Shown here piece by piece: positions 24,673-37,539 of a stretch of DNA of 64,000 bases. Source of the stretch: Perna viridis (taxonomy: Eukaryota). The notes under the pieces were generated by a model. The model worked only from the letters and a program-made list of their open reading frames with translations, ran no database searches and was not told the origin of the DNA. Numbering within the stretch: position 1 is the first letter of the stretch; the number at the start of each line of letters is the position of its first letter. A program made the translations under genes and the position numbers. The stretch spans positions 5,518,001 to 5,582,000 of the forward strand of contig CM074512.1 in assembly GCA_037379345.1 (NCBI GenBank). Direction: 5' to 3'.

Positions 24673-25269
24673 TTGATCACAAGATCGACACTATATTAAT
24701 GAAAAGTACCAAAAAAAAGCCACAAATTTTGACTATAGGGTTATTAAATGGTTATTTTCATATTAATCCTGTATTATGTCCAAGTACAGTCGTATTGGGT
24801 TGAGATCACTTGTATTGGCCCGAGGCGAACTGATGACTTAAAATAACAGGAGTTATCTGTACAAACCTTTAAATACATATTTCCTAGTGAAGACTGTAAC
24901 ACTCCAGATCTCTTGATGCATTTATTCACCCCAACTGTTCTTTTCTATATAGATCTATATTAATATACCAAGTTTGCTGATACCTTCTCAAATTAGGTTT
25001 TTAATGCATTCGTCTGATTCAAACAAAATGGCGGACAAGTTTAACTTTTATACAGGGCCAGAATTAATACAGGGCATGTGCCCTGTATTAAATTAATACA
25101 GGGCAATTGCCGTGTATAAATTATGGTTGCTAAAACCTCCTGTTGTATTAAAGGGGCAATTTACATTGTATTTTAAGTCATCAGTTAATAATATCGTGTA
25201 TTAACTAAGAATACGATCCAATAAACAATATCAAAATCATACAATATGTCTAGGATGTAGCATGAAATC

Positions 25270-25470
25270 TATATAGACACGACCATTTGAAGATACATAT
25301 AGACATGGCCAAAAAGGGGACATATAATATTGACCACTGAAAGGCCATGGACACACGACCACTAAGGGACATAGACACTTTGCCACTAAAGGAACCCATA
25401 GACATGGCTATTAAAGGGAACTAAATGGACATATAAGCATGACCACTAAAGGGAAATATAGACATGAAAA
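25270..25470 (+). repeat. Degenerate ~23 bp minisatellite (atagacatgaccactaaaggga)
   Basis: Recurrent gaccactaa and atagaca motifs. Confidence 0.6.
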
Positions 25471-26268
25471 TGGACAAATGATCATAGTACAATAATAAGA
25501 GTTGTGATTGAAAGGATCGTATAAAAGGTACGTATAAAATATATTTTTATCCAAAAAGCTGAGTATTTCTCTAACCTGAAACAGTAGGAGACAATATTGG
25601 TTCAGGCCATACTCATGTAAAACTTAACAACGTAACTGAGTATTTCTTTAACCTTATACAGTAATGGACAATATTGGTTCAGGCCACACTCGATGTGTAA
25701 TACTTCTATGACATGTCAAGTAGATAATTATGTCATAATTGAATTTGTTATTCATAAGAAAAGATAACAAAGCGAAACATTTCTATTTTGTCAAGTTAGA
25801 TTACTGGGTTCTATTGTCTGACGTAACTATTGCGTAAAACAAGTGTCAAGATCTCGACGATAATTTAACTTTCTATTTATCTCCAAAATCTTTTAAATTA
25901 ATATTCTGTTCGCCAAAAAAAATGGCGTGGGTATTATGATAAATAAACAACATTTCAATTGTGCTTTTAACATACATGTGTGTTAAGACCGTTGATGACA
26001 TATATTGTCCAGTGATGCGTTGTTTTACAGTCCTTTTAATGTTAGGTCAAAGTGGACGTTTCAACAAACCGTGTTATGCGTGCACTTAATACCACAATTA
26101 CAAGTGTTTCACAAGGAAGAAGGAAATAATTGGATTTGAACAATGATGACGTATGTATAATAGAGGTTTTCTCGATCTCCATTTATTTTTGTAAACACTA
26201 TTAAAGCTGTCTAAAAAATCTTGATATATAAAAATATAGTCAAAATATGATGAAAAGTTTTTAGACTT

Positions 26269-26345
26269 CAGTGGCGGATCCAGTGGGGGTGCAGGGGAAC
26301 ACTGTCTGGCACCCCTTCTTTTCAAAGTTTCTGGATCAGCCCCTG
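26269..26345. mobile_element. 77 bp MITE with CAGTGGCGGATCCAG-type TIRs (hAT-like)
   Basis: CAGTGGCGGATCCAG ... CTGGATCAGCCCCTG, flanked by gactt on both sides. Confidence 0.75.
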
Positions 26346-27013
26346 GACTTTCCTAAATCACATAGAAGAAACACATTTTAGAAACTAGCAAAAACACACC
26401 ATAAGTTACAGCACATCAAACTCGAGTATGCTCTGCACGCATGGATTATTTTGTTATTTATTATTATTATATTGTTGTTGTCGTTGTTGTTGTTGTTACT
26501 GGGAATCAACCTTAACACTACAAAACATGTTTTGGGATTTATCAATCGAATCTTCCCTATTTGCATTTTCGTCAAGCTTTATGGTCTCGACAAAATTTCG
26601 CTTTTTTGAGTACTTTAAGGAAAACCATCGACGACAAGTCCATAATACAAAATCATAAGACTTATTGACGTAAATTTTGTACAATGCTTTGCATGGGCAA
26701 TGGGCAATATACAATTACAATTACAATTACAAAAACTTTATTCACAAATCATTGGCCAACTGGAACTTCAGCAGTGCTAGAGGTTGTCAGGCAAGCTGTT
26801 ATCTGACTTGGTGCCATCCTAACGTTGGGTAAGGAGGAACGGAATTCCAACTTTTTACGTTGTAGGAATAGCCCACTGGGGCATTGTACAGAGTGAACAA
26901 GAAAATACAACGGTTACAATTAGAAGATAGAGTTAATGCCGGATTGAAAGAATACCGACATTAACGCACACACAAACATATTGTGTACAACTATGTACAA
27001 ATATGTGTTTTAT

Positions 27014-27178
27014 TTCTAGAAAAGCAGAGTACGCTTACCCCTACCAGTGCACCTGGTCCACGTTCCCCGTTTTAGTGGACCCCGGGTTGATTACCTATAT
27101 CCGTGTTATTTTGGTTATTTCTTGTTCTGTTTTGTGTGAGTGTATTCTTTTTGTCTGGTTGTTATCCCTGGATTATAC
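27014..27178 (+). mobile_element. Older, diverged copy of the Penelope-like 3' UTR
   Basis: ttctagaaaagcagagtacgctta...gtgcacctggtcca...ttttagtgga...tccctggatta aligns with 33269-33442. Confidence 0.75.
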
Positions 27179-27394
27179 TAAAATTAAAACGTATCCCAAG
27201 TTGTCCTATGGTACCATTCTCAGCCAGAGAACCCGTTGTGAGGCTTACATCATATACCGGCTTTAAAATGAATCACTAAAACACAACTAATATAGTTAAA
27301 AAGTTTCTACTAAGAATTCTCGTGATACATTAATAACTTGATAATAATATTTCCTACCCCAAAACACGAACAAGTCCAGTATAAAATACGCCTA

Positions 27395-28120
27395 TAGAAA
27401 GACTTTTCATACAGAACTAACTGAAGTAACCCCTGAAATTCTCAAGAAACAAATCAAACTAAGGTATCCCCTGAAAGACTCATAATACATAACTGACTGA
27501 AGTATGCCCCTAAAGTCTAAAAAAAACATAACTAACTGAAGTATGCCCCTAAAGTCTAAAAAAACCATAACTAACTGAAGTACCCATAGAAAGTCTTACG
27601 ATACATAACTATTACTGAAAAACCCATATATAGAAAGAATCGTGATACATAACTATAAACGAAGTACCCACAGAAAGTATCGTGCTACATAATTATAACT
27701 GAAGTACCCATAGAAAGTATTGTGATATATAACTATAACTGAAGTACCCAATGGAAAATATAATGATTCATAAGTATAACCGAAGTACCCATAGAAAGTC
27801 TGACGATCATAACTATAAAGTGTAGTACCCATAGAAAAGTCTTATGATACATAACTATATCTGAAATACCCATAGAAAACCTTACGATACATAACTATAA
27901 CTGAAGTACCCATAGAAAGTATCGTGATACATAACTATAACTGAAGTACCCATAGAAAGTATCGTGCTACATAACTATAATTGAATAACCCACAGACAGT
28001 CTCGTGATACATAACTATAAATAAAGTACCCAAAGAAAGTATCGTGATACATAACTATAACTGAAGTACCCATAGAAAGTATTGTGATACATAACTATAA
28101 CTGAAGTATCATAATACATG
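27395..28120 (+). repeat. 40 bp minisatellite, ~17 units (gatacataactataactgaagtacccatagaaagtatcgt)
   Basis: 40 bp period (27901 to 27941); degenerate towards the left. Confidence 0.9.
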
Positions 28121-31100
28121 TGTGACAGGACGGCCCATCTACGTTGAAGTGTAGTTGATTTGAATAGCAAGTTAATTGATTTGGTTAAGGATTAATTATT
28201 TAGCCGAATCGGTGTGTCACTGGCTTGTCTCCTAGGGTTCAATCCACGATGGCGAAATTAAAATTTAGCGAGTCAAATAAAGCTCTCCAACTAAAGTACC
28301 GCTGTATAATTGATGGGTACACCGACGAATATCTGGGAAATTCCTATGATACTTAACTATAACCAACGGATCTCTGTCTAACCGACGTGTTTTTGGGACT
28401 CATGGTACTTGCCTAACCAAAAAAACCTAAAAATCTTAAAATGTTGTAAGTATCCGGACATAAGTGCATTCGATTCACATGACTATTTGCGGAATCGCCA
28501 AGTTAACGGTCGCAGTTAATGCTACATATACTCCTAGGTCAATGGCCTAGCCATACACACGATAGCATCAATAGGCAATCAGCAGCAGGTTGAAAGACAG
28601 TTTATAAACAAACTTGTTTTCAAAAACAATCCTTATCCTCGAGAACAAGTAACCGGGTCTGGATGACATTTTGATAATAATGTCATTGACAATTTTACGT
28701 CAAGTGGAGATTTAAATTGCGAAAGAAGAAGTTTGATTTGCTGGAAGATTTTAAATTTGAATACACCTGTTGGATACAACTCACCTGTTCTGTGTATTGT
28801 CGAAATTGAAGGTTACAGGTAGAAAAACACAAGAAAACACCAATACACGAAGTCACTGAAAAGGCCTTTCCCATTAAGTCAAGCAACTACAAGTACAGTA
28901 TTAGCTTTTGCGGCCGATTGAACAATTTCGTTTAAAAAATCAGATGGGACGACTTGGCAAAGGTGTAACTATACTAATCTAGTGTCATTTGATTTTAGGT
29001 GTAAACGTGGTCTAATGTCTAAACACTAACAGTCTAATGCGTGAATGGTATATGTAAAGACCAAAAATCTAATGCGTAAAGGTACATTTGGGTCATAAGA
29101 GTAAAAGTGAGTTTGTCTAACCACTTGCAGTCATGTGTGAATGTAAATGTACGTACAGTCTTGTGAGTCTAATGCGTAACAACTAACACCTTTATGTATG
29201 ATATCTAGACCTCACAGTACGTGCTCGCGAGTCTTACGTCTTAGGTGGGTCGAAACAAATGAGAATTATCGAGGGGCACACAACTAGTCTAACGGTGTGC
29301 CTTCGCTTTTACTGCAATATAACACACTGATGTATATTTTGAATTGATCTGTAGTTAACAAGTTATAAAGACGAGTGGATAGTTTTTTAATTGAGGCTTT
29401 TGATAAGATCTATAACTTTTACAACAAGGACACTGGTATTTACTCTGTCTATTAAAATAACACCAGCTTTGCAACACCCCGATCGATTTCTATTTTTTGT
29501 TCTCATTCAAACAAAATAAATCAAAAGCTTGGTGGGAGAGATCTACTTTTTTTTCTTACGTTAAAAAAAGTTTTACGATTTAGAAAACTGATACAACTAC
29601 GACGATTTATAGTGCGTTCATAGTCATGAGGATTTTTATCTATTTTCACTTGTAAAGGTCGAAAGAAGATTGGCAAATTATTTCAGTATAATTTCCATAA
29701 TTTTACATCTATAAACATCATTATAGATGAGTTAACTTGGCAGTAAAACAAAGCTATAGCGGTCTAGTGATCATTAGTAAGTTGTGATCGAATTTCCTAT
29801 ATATTTCTCAATCTCAGGAAAACATTAAAAAGGGAATGATTACAATGCTTATCTAAAAAATTTACTAAGAAGTAGACTGATCTTCGGTACCCAGTAATAA
29901 CAGTTGCGGTGACGTGATCAGCTGACGCGTTGTCGAGGGTTACACGAGTGCCGCATAATAACAGCCCCCACCCCTATTATTATAACTGATCCATTTTAGG
30001 GTGATGCAAGTACCACGTACTTTGTATAGTGGCGTTATTGTTAATACAATCCATGCATAAACACAATGTACTTCTCTAGTATTGAGGCTGCTACTGTATA
30101 CACATATCATAAAACATACCCGCAGAATTCCTCACAAGTTCGTAGTGAATTGTTAGTTTTAGCGCAAGTAGTTCGACACCTTGGACATGATAATGTTTAC
30201 ATTTAGTTCACCTGCTCTAAATGTCAAACATTATCCCCGGGCTCAATACAACTTATCTACAAATATTTGGTTTCTTTTTGTCCATAGTGAATCACATTAT
30301 TAGCTTGATTTGATGTAACAAAGTGTCATACATCAAATTAAGGCACATAAACAGTGATTATCTTAATCAGCTACACTTCTGTAGTATAACTAAAATCTAA
30401 TCAGCTTTGTTTTTGTCTACGCTGCTGTCACTTATGTTTTTTTCCCTTCTTCAAATTTTAATCAAATGAGATTTTAATGTTTGTCGGACTTGTCTGGGTC
30501 CAAAGTTTTCAGCTAGGTAATGGAGTTACGTGCTATAATGACCAAAAGAGACTATGTATTACTGAAAAGAGTCTCGTCTGGACATACCGTCACTATTTCA
30601 TTCAAACGTTTCTGCATTTTCATTATACTTGACACGATTTTTATGCAGTATCTAATTGTGCACAATGATCGAATCTCATTGAAATTTTATTTAAATACCT
30701 TCGCATTTCCTGTCCTATGAAAGAGAGAGGGCTTTATCGTTCAACTGTATTCTACTCTGGTCTTCGAATAAATTAGCATACATGATGAGATGTGAAATAT
30801 GATACAGGTGACAAATACAGATCATATTTTGACATTGGACATTTTTCAAAGAACATTCCTCAAGTTGATGACACGGATCATAAAAAGATTGATCGCTTCG
30901 TCACTTAGTGGCAACCAAAACGTTATTGACACATTGACTTGGCACTGCAGATGTCTTCGCATTTCTATAATATGAACTCTAATATTGTGGAAACTTCTTC
31001 TAGAAAATTTAATATATATTGTGTTAGCTGTTCTTAACGTGTTCTCTTAACGCATAGAAATCATCACAGACTCAGCAGTCTACATTTGATCACGAATCAG

Positions 31101-32494
31101 TTTCGGGCTCTGCAGGATTTTTTTTTATAAATCTCCTTGGGCTCAGCCAACGATAGCAATTGGATATCGGTGTTTTGTCAGAAGGTGTCAACTTCGGACC
31201 TTTGTGAACAATACACCGGATTAAATTTAGAAAATATACGCCGTGGGTTAAAAGGATCATTTGAGAATGAATTTCTTAGTTGTGTATTTGTTGAATAATA
31301 CGAAGATTAAGGATCCTGACATTCAGATTACAATATAACATTTGACAATGGTAGCGTAGAGAAGGCGGATCAGCTCAGATATTAATGTTCTTCCTTAAAC
31401 CAAATTTATATTGAAAATTTGTACCATAAATCTTAAGTGTAATTTCCAACTGTGATCAGGTATCAGGACAGATTATTTTACCTCTTAAAAGACAAAAACC
31501 ACTTTAAATCATTTAAAACTTTAACAAGGCCACCGGAAATTGACTGTTGATAAAGTTTACAGTTCTAACCATTATATCTGAAGCACCGTTAATATTGATA
31601 AAACCATAGGGCCCTCCTGAGTCTGGTTTACCTACGTCTGTAAATGTCTTTTTACTTTTTGCGCGAGCATAAAGTCTCCGATCTGACTAGATTCCTCTTT
31701 TGATCAGTTTTCCACCTTAATATCGATGCCATTTTAATATACTCTTATTGAGTTTCTTATCCTTTTTTTTGCCATTAGAACAGACTCCAGTATATACTAG
31801 CCCGTCATTACAGTGTGACTCATCACTCTCAGACCTTAAGTTTTTTTTTTTGTGCTGACCCCTGAGTTATCTAAGTATATCTGTTTAAATCTGGTTGACG
31901 TAAAAGTGCATGCTTGACATAACAAACTAGTATAACCGCAGGCAACTACTTAAAATGGAAAACTTGTTTGTGAGTGTGGTGGAATCTTGATGAATTTGTA
32001 ATGATAGTTTTCATACCAAACAGGCAAAGGACGGACCATCCATCATACCACTGAATACAACTTTTATCTTTAGAAATTTTATCTTCTACAAATAAATGAC
32101 ACACTCCCAACGAAAGAGAATTTATAGAATAAACTGCGATGTTAGTGGACTGTTATGATTTGTAGTATATTTAAATTGATTGAAGTGAGGAAAACTTTAT
32201 CAAAATACATTTAATTTAATTTACTAAGTATGGACAAGTTATTAATTTGATACCAAATGACGAAAGTAAACTGGCCCAGATTCAGACAATAATGTCCTAC
32301 ATATGTTCATCAAGGACCTGACATGGTTACACTATTTAAAAATGCCCTTCAAATCAGGTCAAAATGCTACTACTATTGAATACCGTAGTACAAAGGAATA
32401 TTCATATACGCAGATATCTGGGACTTATGTCCGTCCGCCTAAATACAGACCGACACTTAAGCCAGACCGCCTTTCGATAGGTCACTTCTCCTGT

Positions 32495-32986
32495 CTATAA
32501 AACCATGCACACTCAAGTATATCTATTACACCACATTTAAGTACCTTCTCCTATCCATAATACTGGACTAAAGCCCGTCTCCGTATTTATAGAACCACAT
32601 TTAAGTACCTTCTCCTATCCATAATACTGCACATAAGTCCGTCTCTCTATAGAACCACATGTAAGTACCTTCTCCTATCCATAGTACTTCACTTAAGTCC
32701 GTCTCTGTATCTATAGAATCACATTTAAGTACCTTCTCCTATCCATAATACTGGACTAAAGCCCGTCTCCGTATTTATAGAACCACATTTAAGTACCTTC
32801 TCCTATCCATAATACTGCACATAAGTCCGTCTCTCTATCTATAGAACCACATGTAAGTACCTTCTCCTATCCATAGTACTTCATTTAAGTCCGTCTCTGT
32901 ATCTATAGAATCACATTTAAGTACCTTCTCCTATCCATAATACTGTACTCAAGTCCGTCTCCCTATCTATAGAACCACATGTAAGT
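32495..32986 (+). repeat. ~64 bp minisatellite, ~8 units, with a trimeric higher-order pattern
   Basis: cacat(t/g)taagtaccttctcctatccata recurs every 60-64 bp; variants ggactaaagcc / gcacataagtcc / ttca-ttaagtcc cycle twice. Confidence 0.9.
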
Positions 32987-33124
32987 CAGTCACCTCACTC
33001 ATGCCCGTTACACTAGGTCCGTTTCGCAAGCTTTTTTTGATAATTGTTGATAAAGTGTTTTTTTTTCTCTCAAGATATTGTTATTTACCGGATGAAGTTG
33101 CTAATGGATTTTAGTGGATATATG

Positions 33125-33488
33125 TTTAATGGTCGTCATCATGAACTCGTGGATCGTTATGGTGTATCCATCAACACCATGAAAACTGATGTATTCAACG
33201 GGTCATAGTTTTCCTTTCCTCGTTTGTCTACCCCGGACTTGACTTTTTATGAGCAACTCGGCGGGTGTTTCTAGAAAAGCAGAGGACGCTTAAGCTACTG
33301 GTGCACCTGGTCCATGCTCCCAGTTTTTAGTGGAGTCCGAGTTGCCCATTTACTTTTGTTACTTTGTATGTATGATTTTAGTTACTTTATGTTCTTTGTT
33401 GTGAATGTCTGTTTTCCATGTCTGGTCTTTGTCCCTGGATTACATTCTTTTGATTACCGCTATAACCTTGGTTCCCTTGATTACTCTT
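33125..33488 (+). mobile_element. 3' end of a Penelope-like retroelement (probably Naiad-type): last ORF codons plus 3' UTR
   Basis: FNGRHHELVDRYGVSINTMKTDVFNGS* (stop at 33206-33208), then a 280-nt UTR ending GGTTCCCTTGATTACTCTT, the end shared with the copies at 19701, 24228 and 41196. Clade assignment is from recalled motifs. Confidence 0.75.
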
Positions 33489-34017
33489 AAACAAATGAGC
33501 CCAGATTCTGAAAATTACAAGAACACCATTGATGATTTGTCTGCTTGCGGTGATACCCAGTAATATGTAAGAATATTTCCTGCTTTATTAAAACCGACTA
33601 GTACATCAACAGGGGTCTATGGTAATCTTAAAGTTTAACCATTCTGCGTTATGTTTAGTATACATCTGACTGGGGAAACCATTGTCGGTGACGAAAGGGG
33701 GTATTTGTAAATAAACTTTGAAGAAAGATCTATAGGGACATTATTTTATAAAGCGTATAACATTTGTTTGTTTTTTTTTATCACAGGGAGTTCATAAGAT
33801 CCTTTTTTTTCGTGTTCAACAATATTTGTTAAGTATACTTGTATTCTTATCAGTAACATAACAAAATGTATTTTGTTTTTGGCAAAAGGTAAGTTTTTTT
33901 TTATTTCGTGAACAATTGAACCCCCTCAAAATTGTCAAGAAGAACGGTGCTTTATGGTTATCTCGGGAAAGTACTTCACATTTTATGCAAATTATTACTA
34001 TATCAAAGTCTCTCAAC

Positions 34018-34626
34018 AACATCAACATTAGTTTTTATTTCACAACATCAAAGGTCTGTTAAGTTTGCGGGTTCAAGGGAATCAAGAACATCGACATTAG
34101 TTTACACTTCACCATATCACATGTCTGTTAAGTTTGCGGGTTCCTGGGAGTCAAGAACATCGACATTAGTTTTCACTTCACCATATCACAGGTCTGTTAA
34201 GTTTGCGGGTTCCTGGGAGTCAAGAACATCGACATTAGTTTTCACTTCACCATATCACAGGTCTGTTAAGTTTGCGGGTTCCTGGGAGTCAAGAACATCG
34301 ACATTAGTTTTCACTTCACCATATCACAGGTCTGTTAAGTTTGCGGGTTCCAAGGAGTCAAGAACATCGATATTAGTTTTTATTTCATCATATCACAAGT
34401 CTGTTTAGTTTGCGGGTTTCAGGGAGTCCAGAACATCGACATTAGTTTTTATTTCATCATATCACAGGTCTGCTAAGTTTGCGGGTTCCAGGGCAAGTCA
34501 AGAGCATCGATATCAGTATTTACTTAATCATATCACAGATCTATTGAGTTTGCTGTTCCAGGGCAAGTCAAGGACATCGACATTAATTTTTATTTCATCA
34601 TATTACAGGTCTGTTAAGTTAGCGGA
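34018..34626 (+). repeat. 69 bp minisatellite, ~9 units
   Basis: acatcgacattagttttcacttcaccatatcacaggtctgttaagtttgcgggttcctgggagtcaaga; accounts for the 23-aa-repeat ORF at 33932. Confidence 0.9.
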
Positions 34627-34739
34627 TTTTTAAATGTAGTTTTCTCAAAAATACAGATCTAAATACAGAAAGTACTATTGTCACATAAAAATATAGCATA
34701 TGTAGGCAGTGGCTGATTTTTACATGGACTGATACTTAA

Positions 34740-34860
34740 GTACTCCTCACTAAGTCACACAGAATCGGTTCAGCGAAGTATTGTCTCTTTGCTACTCACT
34801 AAGGCACACAGAATCGGTTCAGCGAAATATTGTCTCTTTGCTACTCACTAAGTCACACAG
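34740..34860 (+). repeat. 49 bp tandem repeat, ~2.4 units
   Basis: ctcactaagtcacacagaatcggttcagcgaagtattgtctctttgcta repeated. Confidence 0.8.
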
Positions 34861-35973
34861 CACTCAAAGTTAATAGTTTTTTTTCAGTAAATGTTTTATA
34901 TATTTATAGATCTGATACTTTCGTGAATGATGGGCGAGTTAAACTTTGATTTATAGGATAATATCAATAATTTTTCCCATTATCAACAGGTCCCGGATCT
35001 ACGGAATTAACTTATATCGTGTTGTGCTAACATTAACAGGAAGATGAGATTTAATATATGTAACTAAACTGTCGATATGCTATATTAATTTTGATAACAT
35101 CTTTTAAACCAAGACTCCGAATCTCATTTATCGCTCTAATAATGATATTAGCATAATCACTCCATAAAATTCTACATTAATATTACCAATTCATTTCACG
35201 TCTGAATGACAATTGTAAATTGAAGAGGTTTACAACGGTCTTTCCAACTGAAAGGATATATTTCGTGGTTTTAAGAAGTGAATTGTATCATTCTTGTAAT
35301 CAGACCTGTTCTAATTATAAAACCGAAATTCTAGTCCTTACAATTATAGTGATGACAGTTGGATCTTGTATCATTGAAAACCATTTTCTATGGAGCAGTG
35401 ATATAAGACGTTCTACAGATACAATTTTGTCGTAAACATCTTTTGTGGAGGAATGTATACACGCCATGTTATTTAAGTCCTGTAATTACTAAGTATATGA
35501 GATTCAGAGAATAATATTACGCCATTGTTGTCACCAAATCTTTGCCAAACGGTGGCGAATCCAAAAAGACATTTGACAAAAAAAAAAAAAAATGATACAA
35601 GTGTCTTCCGTTTGTCGCCAAAGAATATTATCGGATTCTTTTTTTTTCTTCAGTATATGCCTATATTTGTACCCCACTGGGTCAAAAAGCCAAGATTTTT
35701 GTGACTTAATTGTTTGAGCGTCTTAGCCTTCCTGGGATAGCAGGTGTGAAAAAAAACTAAACAAATTTAGGTATCATCATATAGCCCAATGTTCCAGCTT
35801 TACAATAGTACAATTGCAGTTACACTTAGAAAAATAAAATATCCCTACACCGCCGAAAAATCGCTTAAATTGACACATTTTTCGATGTCAAAACACCTAG
35901 AGTATTTATGCTTCAAGTAAAAAATGGCTTATTTGTTTGTTTTTTTTTCTGTTTAGTATTATCACAATTTATA

Positions 35974-37539
35974 TTTCTAGGGTTCTTTTGATGAATTCTG
36001 GCGATTTTCATAGTCAGAATTTATCCAAAAAATGCGAAAAATGGGATTTTCAATTTTTCGGTCAAAAGTCACAAAAATTCGACTCTACAAGTTATTACCC
36101 AAATAAAAAGTCTAAAGTTTGGTATAATTCGATAGATAATTTAATTTCCTACATAAATAAACCACGAAAAACTAATTTTCAAGAAAGAATTTTCCAAAAA
36201 TGTTAAAAATATTACCCCTAACCCTAGAAAACCGGCCTCAGCATCATTCTTTCGCCCAAATAGCCTGGGATACGTTTAATTGTGAATTGCATTGGCTCAT
36301 TAGAAAGGTAAGATGCTACTTAAATGTGTTTGAATATACAAAAGCTTGTTTGAAGTAGGGTACTTGAAAAACATTGTTCATTACAGGCGAAATGGATGAA
36401 AATTTTAAAATCCGAAAATTCCCAATTTAATGAAAAACTCGTTATTGTCAGCTTGAAACTGAAAATAACTCGCCTGAAATGAAAAGATAGATTGAATACA
36501 TCGATAATTGAAACAATAGTACCCAACATGTCCTTTTTACATCGATAATGTGCTAAAAATTAACATTTTGGTTCATATTTAGGTATTCTTTTCATGGGTG
36601 GGTGGCAATTTTTCACCTAATTGTACTTGGAAAAGTTCGAATATTTATTACTTAGGCTCATTACAAAGCTAAGACACTATGTAATTGTATTTAAATAAAC
36701 AAAAGCTTATTTGAAGTACGGTTTTTGAAAAAAGCCAATTATAGGTGCAATGGAAGGAAATATGAAATTCTGAAAATTCCCCTTTTTATGAGAAACTCAT
36801 TATTGTCACATTGAAACTGAAAAATACACCCCTGAAATGAGAATATATGTTTGATACATCAATAATTAAAACAATGGTACCCAACATGACTATTGTACAC
36901 CGTTTACATATTATTTATTAACATTTGGGTTCATGTTGATACATTTGTTTTCATGGGTAGGGGTGGCAATTTTTCACTTAATTTGACTTACAAAAGTTCA
37001 AATATTTATTCCTTGGGCTCATTCTGAAACTAAGCCACTATATTAGTGTATTGTATCACACAAAAGCTTGATTGAACTACGGTATTATGAAAAAAGAAAA
37101 ATAACGGGTGATATAGAAGAAATTCTGAAATTCTGGAAATTCCCCTTTTTCCAAATTTATAATTATTGTCACCCCAAAAAGAAACTCTGAGCATCTGAAT
37201 TGACCAGATCTGTTAGGTACATCATTAACTTAATTATGAATGCCTAAAATATGAGTTCTACGGTCAGTATGCTGTTAATGAGAATTCTGTTTGATACTGA
37301 GACCGGTTTTTTTTTTAAATTAATTCTTGAAAATTATAGTTTTTCGTGATTTATTTATGTAGGAAATTGAATTATCTATCAAATGATAACAAAATTGAGA
37401 CGTTTTACTCTAGTAATAAGTTGTAGAGTCGAATTTTGTGACTTTTGACCGAAAAATCGAAAATCCCATTTTTTTTCGCATTTTTTGGTAAATTCTTACT
37501 ATGAAAATCGCAAAAATTCACCAAAGGAGTTCGTAGAAA
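35974..37539. mobile_element. Foldback-like element: ~260 bp inverted arms enclosing a ~360 bp tandem triplication
   Basis: 35974-36250 is the reverse complement of 37282-37539 (e.g. ttttcggtcaaaagtcacaaaa / ttttgtgacttttgaccgaaaa). Internal units start with ggctcatt at about 36294, 36654 and 37015. Confidence 0.8.

Noticed and set aside
24828-24870. Hammerhead ribozyme core CTGATGA (also near 38511, 63046 and minus-strand 4024)
   Set aside because: No paired stem II followed by GAAA at the sites I inspected by eye.
28180-28260. tRNA or tRNA-derived SINE head (GGGTTCAATCC B-box-like)
   Set aside because: No cloverleaf and no convincing A box; at most a highly decayed SINE.
33249-33300. SECIS element in the retroelement UTR (AUGA ... 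AAAA ... GA)
   Set aside because: The A-run is about 22 nt after AUGA rather than about 11-13, and AUGA is Watson-Crick paired in P1 rather than forming the GA quartet.
33932-34408. 158 aa ORF with 23-aa repeats
   Set aside because: Product of the 69 bp minisatellite; the array continues past the stop with frameshifting indels.
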